From Klebsormidium nitens (Eukaryota > Plantae > Klebsormidiophyceae): 44,450 nucleotides of DNA. This document shows positions 35,663-44,450 of this stretch, one piece after another; the first letter of the stretch is position 1; every line of letters starts with the position of its first letter. The notes beneath the pieces are model-generated. The model worked only from the letters and a program-made list of their open reading frames with translations, had not been told where the DNA came from and ran no database searches. The DNA is taken from the NCBI GenBank assembly GCA_000708835.1, contig DF237629.1, positions 1-44,450 of the forward strand. Reading direction: 5' to 3'. A program made the position numbers and the translations under genes.

Positions 35663-36029
35663 CTAGCTCTGATCTGAGATCAGTCAACAGCGGACCTGAG
35701 GCGACAGGAAGTGGCCTCCAGAATCATGCCTTGAAAGCTGCTGCTGACTTTTGATGGGCACTAGAAGCAGGGAGAGCATCAGGTTCCGATTGGATCAGAA
35801 GTTAGAACCCATAACAAGTCAATTGCAAAACCCCTCCGCTGTTGTAAAGCCATCGAAGCTGGTCCTACGATGTGGAGCAGATCAAGTTGCTCCCATATGT
35901 TGAACTAGACATAGGAGTCTGCCGTTCAGCGCATCTCTTTCAGTTCCCTTCTACCACAGGGTCATGTTGAAACCGGGCTGAAACCGGGCTAGTCAGCCTC
36001 TAACCCAGAGTGGTTAAGGGCCATCATTG

Positions 36030-39000
36030 ATGGCAGTCTCCAGCTGGCGATGGCTCAACGAGAGCCGTTGGATCGGCCTCGCTGCCGCCGTCTATGCGGA
36101 GGCCTGCGGTGGCCTGGCATACACGTTTGCCGTCTACTCCGACCACCTCAAGGAAACCCTGGGTTACACCCAAACCCAAATCGACGCGCTCGGGTCAAGC
36201 AAGGACTTCGGCGGGAACACGGGGGTCATCTCTGGGTTGATGTACAACCTGTTCCCGCCGTGGGTGTCGGTTTTCATCGGGGGAACGTGTAATCTTTTCG
36301 GGTATCTGGCGCTTTGGATGACGAGTAAGCAGTGGATAGCGCCGCCGTATTGGCTCGTGTGTTTGTCAATCATGGTGGGGGCGAATGGGGAGACGTGGGT
36401 TGGGACGGCGGTTATGGTGACCAGCATGCAGACTTTTCCAAATGAGCGGGGCGTTGTGATCGGGCTGCTCAAGGCATATATTGGGATTAGCGGGGCCATG
36501 TTTGCGAGGGTGAGTCCGACAAGACATATTGAGTCTCTAGCAGACTAGCAGAAATGCTGTCCAGCAGTCTACAGTAGAATACAAACGCTTCTGCGGGAAC
36601 CTACTTCCGGATTCTTTCGTAGATTGTGACGAAACTGGATCCCTTTTTCAACTCAAGAAACTTTGTGCTGAAAGTTGCCAAGTTACACAGGGGTTTTCCA
36701 AACTTTCTGTATCCAAATCGTGGGCTGATGCTTTTCAGAGTGCTCGGTTGAGGCTTGCTTCTGCCTGATTGATAACATGGGTTCCAGCTTTGGTCACGGG
36801 CGTTCTTCTCTGTGGTTTTAGTAGCCTCTAGTTCTGTAGAGCGTACGTCATGTGTTTGACATCCGGAATCACACGTTAGTGCTGCTGTCATCTGAAACCT
36901 GAACCCATTTATTGCCCATCTCCAGGTGTACAAGAGCTTCTTCGAGCCGCACGCGAGCGCCTACATCCTCATGCAAGCGGTTGCGCCGTTCGCCGTCTCC
37001 GCCTCCGTAATGTTCTTCATCAAGCAGTATCCTGTCCTGAGGGACGCTGACGTCAGCGAGACCGCACGACGGTTCCGGTGGTCGTACTACATCGTGGTGG
37101 TCCTGGCGGTGTATCTGATGCTGATCACGATTGTGGAGAGCGTTGCGGAAGTGGGTCAGGCCTGGGGGTCAACACTAACCGGGGTCATGATGGCGGTGTT
37201 GCTGCTGCCAGCTGCAATACCGGTGAGAATGACGAGCTTTGTCTTGGGAGTTCGAAGCATCCCGTTGGGCACCAGCAAGCTTTCCGTTTCATCATGACGG
37301 TGTTCTTCAAACCCAATCAAGTTCGTAAGGGGGCTGCTGAGAGGCTGGGTGAATCCCGTTACACCTGTGCCTGGCTGGGGCAATCGCTTTACAGAGCAGT
37401 CTCCGTACTGGGCTCGCAAGGTTCATTCGCAGCCTTCAGAAAACCTACTGAGTTTCAGAGATGCTTTCAGTTGAAAAAAACCCGCGCTCGAATCCATCAC
37501 AGCCTGATTCGCTAATGGAAAAGGTTATAGACTTTCTTCCAGAAAGTCTATTACCTCGGTGGGGTCGATGCCAGGTAACGTCACCAAACAAAGACGTTTC
37601 TTATGCATCAACGGACTCGCCTGAACATACGCTCCGCCGCCTGGTTCACCCCATCATTGGCCATTTCACAGACAAGCTTGGTGCGAAGTTCGAGAGTTTT
37701 GACATTCCGAAATAGGAACAAGCGTTGGTTTTGTTCGATTATGAAACTTGAACCCTCCGTTCTGCAGTTCGTGGGAGGTTCCGAGTACCGGCGCCTGTCC
37801 GATGCGGACGAGGAGCAGGTGTCCGGCGGAGAAGAGCCGACGCTCGCGCTCGAAAAGTTCGTCCGAGTGGTGCCCCCGGAGTACACGCTCGCGGAGAGCC
37901 TGCGGACGATAGACTACTGGTAAGGCACTCACGGCTCTTCTCAGTTTGTCTGCCGATTGACATTCGCTCGTCGCTTCTGTACAAGGTTTGAGATTCTGTA
38001 CAATTGTTGCAAACGCCCTTTGAAGATCTGCGGTTGCTCGATTCGGGATCCGTGTCAGATAAACCGTGGATGCTGCATGCTTGGTGGTGACGACAATCCT
38101 CTTCGCTACGGGGATCTGTAGTGCTGGTTTGTCTTCATTGCCCGGTCGCCGTGTCGTGCAATCAGACATGTGGCATCTAAATCGAGAAGTCAGCCATCTT
38201 CGTGGCTGATTGAACATGCCGAACCACCAAAAAATGATTGGGCTTGGCAACCTGGTTCCTGTCGAACCCTTGTTGTGGTCCTCGCAAGTTTCTCTTCTTT
38301 GCAGTGGCGGCCGATACAGGGAGCGGGCTGACGATCATCAATAACAACAATTTTTGTTGCCCTCATCAACCTCTTCATAGCTGCGTTGGAAACCAGACCA
38401 TACACCCAAAAAAGGGCTTCTGCTTCTGTCAAACCCGTGCTCTCATCTCCGCAGGTTGCTCTTCTTTGCGGTCGCGGCGGGAACGGGGAGCGGGCTGACG
38501 ATCATCAACAACCTGGCACAGATTGGGAAGGCACTCGACACCAAGAGCATCTCGTCCTTTGTGTCACTCGTCAGCATCTGGAACTGCGCGGGGCGGCTGC
38601 TGGCGGGGTGAGCGATGCACGTTTGTTTTGTCCCACGGATTCAAATCTTGACTTTTAGACGTTAAGGTGGGCCGTCGGCCCAAATGGCAGCGCCGCAGCG
38701 GCGCGAGGGATGCATTTGAGTTGAGCGGCGCAAGCTGACGCTCGGTTCGCGGCTTAACGATTCGTTGCGCCGTCCTCTTGCTTCTTGCGACTTGAAAGTG
38801 AGTGCAAATTCAACTGGCCCCATAGGGACCTTGATTGGAAGGTTGCGACCTTGGGTCAGCTAGAAGCCCTTTCAGGACTCCCAGTACAATACTCATCATT
38901 TGAACTACTGACTTTGTCCTACTTCTTGACGTCAGGTATACGTCCGAGTGGTGCGTCAAGGCCGGGTATCCCCGGACGTTGATGCTAGTGGGAGTTATCG

Positions 39001-40494
39001 CGGTCATGGGGATCACGCAACTCCTCTTAGCCTCAGGAGGTAAGCCGATACACGATATCGAAGTAATATTCCCTCGCTTTGAATCCTAATGTCGTCTCTT
39101 CGTTGTTGAGGATGATATGGATCTGTTTACTAGAAGTCGCGTGTGCACAAGCTTCTGGCTCGAAGCACCGTAGCATCTAGGGCTCCAGCTTCGTGTTGGC
39201 CTCAGCTTCACCACGTATGTTGGTGTTACGGCTGACCGTACGTGTCTTTGGGGGCAAACGAAAAGTCCTGGTATGTCCCAGTCGTTCTGATGCGCCAAAT
39301 CTTGCCGGTCTGAGTCGGCCATGCTAGCCAAGTCCTGCCTGTTCGCTCTCCGCCTGCTGTCGCCCCAATTGCCAAGGAAAATCGTAACAAAGTGTAGTAC
39401 ATATTATCGAACCTTCGTCCTTGTTTGGGATTGTTTGGTTCAGGGCTGGAGACAACGGATATTGCTAACCTCCACTTAGTTCTGCGCTTGCGATGCGCTT
39501 GACACCTTTGTTTCGGAAGAAAAGCTGACCAACCTCCCCAAGCGGTCAAGCGCCAAGCTTCTGCGGCAAGACGAGATCCTTTCTTGTTTGTGCAGCGGCC
39601 TTCACCTTGTACATAGGGTCAATTCTGGTGGGCCTCTCGTACGGCGCCCATTGGACGCTGACGCCCGTCATCACGTCCGAAATGTTCGGGCTCAAGCACT
39701 ACGGGGCCATCTACAACACCGTCACGTAAGGCCTGACCGCTCGGATTCGTTGTCTCCGCCCTGCCTGCTTTCAATTCCAGTCGTCTCGGACGGGTGTGGT
39801 GCGAAGTGTGTAAACCTTGATTTCAGGATGTTGTTTGAAGCCAAAAAGGGACGGCGGCATTTCTGTCTACGAGGAAGCAGCGGCGAATGCTCGTCTCAGA
39901 TGGCCTTGCTATGAGACTTGTATGAGACACAGACGTTCTTTAAAGGAGCAGGACTTGCCATCGCGCCACTACTGGAAACAAGTCATGACGGTTTGTACTC
40001 CAATTGGACGTCCAAGCAACCTATCCGCCGGCATCATGGGTCTCGTTCGATTGGCAGTCGAGTCATCGACACTGATGTCAGACCGTCTTATTGGAGTCTC
40101 TTCCTCGTTGAACGTATGGTGGGCTACAGTAAACGTCTCGTCCATGGAAGACTTGAGAAACTTCATTTAGCGTTCATCGGCCTCTTCCGTTCTACTGAGC
40201 CCCTGACGCTCCGCACACTTTTCCGGCAGCATTTCCTCCCCCCTCGCCGCCTACTTCCTGTCCACGTGGGTGGCCGGCGTGCTCTACGACCGCGAGGCTG
40301 AAGTGCAGCACGCGGGGGATCCCTCTCCGGCGCACACGTGTCACGGCCCCGAGTGTTTCCGTACGACGCTGCTCATCCTCGCCGCCGTTTGCGCGGCGGG
40401 GGTCGCGTGCGGGTTGGTGCTCGTCTCGCGCACGCGCGCGCTGTACAAAGTGCACACGGTAAAGCCCGATTCCGAGCAAGCGAAGCACTACTGA
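36030..40494 (+). CDS. Nodulin-like / major facilitator superfamily transporter (NFD4-like)
   Basis: Seven phase-consistent exons: 36030-36509, 36926-37222, 37768-37919, 38455-38607, 38936-39039, 39596-39725, 40230-40494. Motifs: FAVYSDHLKETLGY, KDFGGNTG, FPNERGVVIGLLKAYIGISGA, GTGSGLTIINNLAQIG, SIWNCAGR, SEMFGLKHYG, YDREA, CHGPECF. Confidence 0.93.
38259..38345 (+). repeat. Diverged intronic copy of the acceptor region and first 19 codons of MFS exon 4
   Basis: 38259-38345 aligns without gaps to 38426-38512 (period 167 bp). Copy reads FLFFAVAADTGSGLTIINN versus the exon's LLFFAVAAGTGSGLTIINN. The homologous acceptor CAG has become CAA. Confidence 0.9.
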
Positions 40495-41358
40495 AGGTCA
40501 GTCTGATTGGCACTCTCCTGACCGGCCCATGCGAGAGCGCGAGTCCTTCGAGTCCTGGCAGTAGCTTCTCAGGCTTTTTCTAACCAGGAAAGCACTCGGT
40601 TTAGTTTTTGCAGTCAATACGTGTACAGAGTGCCGTTGACAGCTGTTTGATTTCCATGTGAACGGTCTGCGGGAATGCAACCGTTTACCCGGGTTTCGAT
40701 GGCTTCCTTGTGCATGGCATCGTTGCTGCTTAATGTGGATCCGACCGTCACGTCGGTCTGAGCATCCTGGGGGACTTTTGACTAGTTCACTCAGCTTTTC
40801 AGCCTGTCTAAGCACATGTCGATGTTTTTAAAAGCCTAAGGGCTTGCATGCTTTATTGTGCAGGTGCCGGGCAAGCAGTCACGAGCATCGACTGTGGAGT
40901 TGTTCAATTCTGGAGAGACTTAAAATGCAGAAAGTCAACAGTCGGCTATTCGAGTGTGTCCTTTAAAGGGATATGTGGTAAGTCAAGGCGGCAACAAAGA
41001 GGAAAAACTGGAAACCGCTAGGATTTGGCCAAAGCACCTAATACAGAGCTGTCAAGGGTGATCCTTATCATCGATTTTGATATAACGTCATTGATCAGGT
41101 TAGAGCGGGCTAGGCCAAGCTGTATGTATACAACTTGGCAGTCACATGGCAACCATGTACCATCCGGCTCATTGCACATGATGGAACTTAACTAGCGAGC
41201 GCAATCCTTAAGGATGGTTGGTGGCCATGCACAAGACGTGTACAAAGACATGCATCATCGGCAAGCCGGCCATTCTAGAGAGGCAACCAATTTTTCAATG
41301 TGTGAACAACCCATAATTGCATACATAAACCAGCTCAACATTGCGTTCCCTATACACC

Positions 41359-41508
41359 GTCTGGCAGCAAAGCCATGCATAGCAGCCTCACGATCCCAGG
41401 TCGGATGCTTCAAACAGTCTTCTATGTGAGAGTAAGATAGGATAGAAGACTGTTTGAAGCATCCGACCTGGGATCGTGAGGCTGCTATGCATGGCTTTGC
41501 TGCCAGAC
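41359..41508. repeat. Perfect 67-bp inverted repeat with 16-nt loop
   Basis: The left arm 41359-41425 (gtctggcagc...gtcttctat) is the exact reverse complement of 41442-41508; loop gtgagagtaagatagg. Confidence 0.98.
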
Positions 41509-42188
41509 TCTCACAAAGGTATCGAGACAGCTCCTTATATGCCGGGTCATCTCCTGGTCCGTGATAGCAATCATCACCGTCGAGAGGGTGGCATCAAGGG
41601 CCACTGCAAAAAGCACCGTTTGCAACATCAGGATTTCATCGTGACGGAAAGACTTACAACCGATGCGTATAACCTAGAGCCTTCCTCATGAAACAACTTT
41701 CGACTTCCGCCTTTTTCTCTACTCGATTGTTGGTAGAAGGCGTAGTGTGAAATGATTATCACCAGTTTCATTAGCAGTATGTGCACCTTGCTGGTCTTGT
41801 CATGCAGAGAAAGTCAGGCGTCGTCTTTTGATCAGAATGCAACTTGATACTCGTACTTGCCAAACTTTTTGCAGGCTGCGGCTGAATGACAGGGAGTTTA
41901 CTTTATAACTGGGGTTATCAATAAGGTTCAGGGGATCGTCTAGCAATCTTGGCTGCGAGTTACTTGGGGATAAAACACATGTTGCTAGTCAGGCCCAGAA
42001 AGATTGAGTCGACAATCTAGGAGTGCTTGTCATACAGAACAAGTTAGCCAGCACCATTCAAGAAGTCCATACTTGCCAGAGGTGTGCAGGCTGCCGCAGA
42101 ACAACAGAAATGTTTCGCAGACAAGATGGGGTGTCAAGGGTGAAGGAGTCCTGTGCTTGCTTGCATATCACTTGGAAAGGAACAGATA

Positions 42189-42672
42189 TTACTGGTCAGA
42201 TCGAAGGGCTATACCGGAGCATGGTGCGGTCCAGGACTCCTGGTCCAGCTCCAGCATCTCCCCGCGGTGGGGGGCAACCACCCGAGCCAAAGTACCCTCC
42301 GGCACTCTGTTGTACTGCCGGCACGCCTCCAGAAATCGGCCTACAACGACGAAAGCTGAACTGAAACATTTGTGACTTCATTTTCAAGGCATCTACTCGC
42401 GTCTCTATCAAAGGCGCGAAAGAGGCACATCAAGGAAGGCAAGGGTGCTGAGCGTTTGCGCAGTAACAGCACAGTTTCAGGAGGAACTTAGGAGCCTGTC
42501 TAGGCTGCAACCTGCATAGTGTTGACAGTGCAGTAGCAAGGGGATCTCAGCGCTCACCCGCCAAGGCTTCTACAGTCTCGTTCGGTCTCGGACCGGCCAC
42601 CCCATGCTCAACAAAGTACTCTGGCTCCTTCTCCCTTGTCAGGTACTCGATCTCCACGGTGTAAGTGGCCAT
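42189..42672 (-). CDS. Small (93 aa) protein of unknown function, possibly with extra 5' exons
   Basis: Exons 42672-42558 (GCG G|GTGAGC) and 42355-42189 (ttcag|CT TTC), phases match. Product: MATYTVEIEYLTREKEPEYFVEHGVAGPRPNETVEALAAFVVVGRFLEACRQYNRVPEGTLARVVAPHRGEMLELDQESWTAPCSGIALRSDQ. An acceptor-like ttttcag lies just upstream of the ATG. Confidence 0.65.
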
Positions 42673-44044
42673 CTTGTGCGAAGAGCTTCTGAAAATCCGG
42701 AAAAAAGTGCTGTGAGTGAAGGCGCTGATGCGCTTATCCCATTGGCTTCTGGCTTGTCCAAAGAGAGAGGGCCAGTCCACAGTTGCCTTCTCTTCAAACA
42801 TACCACAGAGTGACACCGAGCCGCTGCCTCAATAGAACAATCTGGCAATCAAGCGGATCCCGTTCTTTGAGATGCTCAAAGACTGAATTAATGCAATCCA
42901 GAGAAGGCCTGAAAAGATCACCCTCATGTCTGTCCAGACTCTTCCAGATAATTAGGAAGCAAATGGCCTAAGCAGTGGCCAGCTAACTGGCCGTGCTGAC
43001 AAGACGTCAGACCACAGGCAAATATTGTAGTGAAGCTATCTACGGAAAAGTTGGAAGTTGTTTGTTGACAGAAGCTACAGCAAAGTTGAAGGCTCCTGTC
43101 CAAAGGATCCGTTTCTGTAGAAGTTGCTATGCTGATCTCATACCCTTGCCTGAAACAGCACGCTTGAGACCCTTTTGAAATGATGCCTCGCAGAAGCTTC
43201 TGGTCTTTGCACAACATTCAAGTGCAGGCTGCTCAAGGAGACGTGTCGTTGCTGTCACATAAAGATGGAGGAGTGCCTTATACCCATGCTATGAGACGCT
43301 TCTCTCCTGGCGTGACCTCATTAAAAGAGCAAAGAATAGGTTCCAGTGCCACGACAGGTGCTTCAGCCCATCAACTCCAGTGCAGATCCTATTCCTCATT
43401 ACCGCCGACGTTTGTTCAGAAGCGCTTCAAAAGGCCAAATAAAGAGAGTAGTTAAGGCAGGGACAAACCTTTTGACTTGCTCCTGCGCGTCTCCTTAGCC
43501 TTCGTGAATGCCGCTTTGTGAATGCCGCAATTGGACGCTGGAGTTGGCACCTACCTAGCCAGACACCATGTGCAGCACTCGCCAATTTCAGGAGAGATCT
43601 GTTTCCCGGTCCGACGCACACAAACGAGGCGAGTACCTGCCGCTAAACCCAGGGTTAGCATACTCTGCACCCGTATGTGTACCCTAAACCCCACAATTCA
43701 CCCCACCCGTCCCCCGGGCAGTGACCTCCCCGTTCTGCCGGGCCAAGGCGGACGCTCTGGACAGCTGTGCTTCGTGCACACAGCACAGCCTTGAACTGGA
43801 AGGCTTGAGCCTCATGAGGATGCTCTAGATAGGCTTGGAGGGATGTAGGGATCCCCCCTCCAGCACAAGTTACTAATTCGGCTTTGAGTTTGCCGCAATC
43901 TGAGCTTATCTTCGAGGACCCTTGGAAGTTGGGGGGCGCACTTCCTGTCCTACAGCGAATGATTTCACGCCGCAGCCCGCCACATCCCCTGAGGATAGAT
44001 TACAAGGCTTTGAGCTCTTGTGTTCAGGAGCTGTGTGATTCTAC

Positions 44045-44392
44045 TCAACAAGCTGACGTTCTTTGTGGACGCTGTGCATGTATTCTCGCAGGAACGCTTC
44101 TTTGTTCCTTCAGCCAGGTCCGACGCCCAGTTTCGTCGGCAAAGCCAGTGTGTGGATGCCCGTGCAACCGCTGATCAAGGGAGGGGTTGCTAGCCGCTGT
44201 TGCACTGCGTGCGCGCTCCGCTGCTAAAGCCAAGCTGGGCTTACTCTCCGTCGGTCCTGGCGCACCCGCCTGCGTAGCCACACCGGTGAGCCCTGCACCA
44301 TTTTGCCATTTTACCAAGGACGCCTCTGGAAAGATTTGTTGGACAGGGCGCTCTGCGCTGATCGCATGTGTTTCCAAATGCACGTGTACTCT
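44045..44392 (-). CDS. Probable terminal exon of a gene extending beyond the right edge
   Basis: ctaac branch + atttcag acceptor at 44393, then an open frame RVHVHLETHAISAERPVQQIFPEASLVKWQNG...RTSAC to a stop at 44045. No domain recognised. Confidence 0.5.
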   Translation of the reverse strand, partial: RVHVHLETHAISAERPVQQIFPEASLVKWQNGAGLTGVATQAGAPGPTESKPSLALAAERARSATAASNPSLDQRLHGHPHTGFADETGRRTWLKEQRSVPARIHAQRPQRTSAC

Positions 44393-44450
44393 CTGAAATG
44401 TTAGAGGCATCAATTCGATTTAGCACCAAGGTTGAAGCGGCGCTGAACAG

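Noticed and set aside
35968-35989. 11-bp tandem duplication (tgaaaccgggc x2) in the MFS leader
   Set aside because: Real but non-coding and short; it only ends a 5-codon uORF, with no evidence of function.
1-44450. tRNA, rRNA, snoRNA, transposase or reverse transcriptase genes
   Set aside because: No cloverleaf, rRNA-like segment, convincing C/D or H/ACA box pair, or DDE/RT motif was seen by eye. A covariance-model search (Infernal/tRNAscan-SE) would be needed to exclude small ncRNAs.

Overview
Eukaryotic, intron-rich nuclear DNA with GT-AG introns mostly 70-800 nt, land-plant-like orthologues and ADV(S/T)-rich low-complexity coding. This fits a streptophyte alga such as Klebsormidium (inference, not verified). 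Genes in order: (-) a 2OG-Fe(II) oxygenase running off the left edge, with a frameshifting 13-bp duplication; (-) a 13-exon protein kinase + PP2C fusion (At2g40860-like); (+) mitochondrial-type release factor RF1; (-) a single-pass surface protein with an RRLL motif and a bacterial-type cadherin/Ig-like domain, with a 1-bp frameshift. After a 475-N gap: (+) a signal peptide + ~20 LRR protein fused to an XK-related (scramblase-like) multi-TM domain, with a frameshift inside the LRRs; (-) GPI mannosyltransferase 3 (PIG-B); (+) an 81-aa single-TM protein; (+) a nodulin-like/NFD4 MFS transporter; (-) a 93-aa unknown protein; (-) the last exon of a further gene. Best leads: the LRR-XK fusion; three 167-203-bp-period local duplications that each straddle a splice site, two with strongly third-position-biased divergence; about 18-fold enrichment of the palindrome TGACGTCA; a perfect 67-bp hairpin; and a possible bicistronic small-ORF/MFS pair. 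No tRNA, rRNA, CRISPR array or recognisable transposase was found. All exon coordinates were derived by hand.
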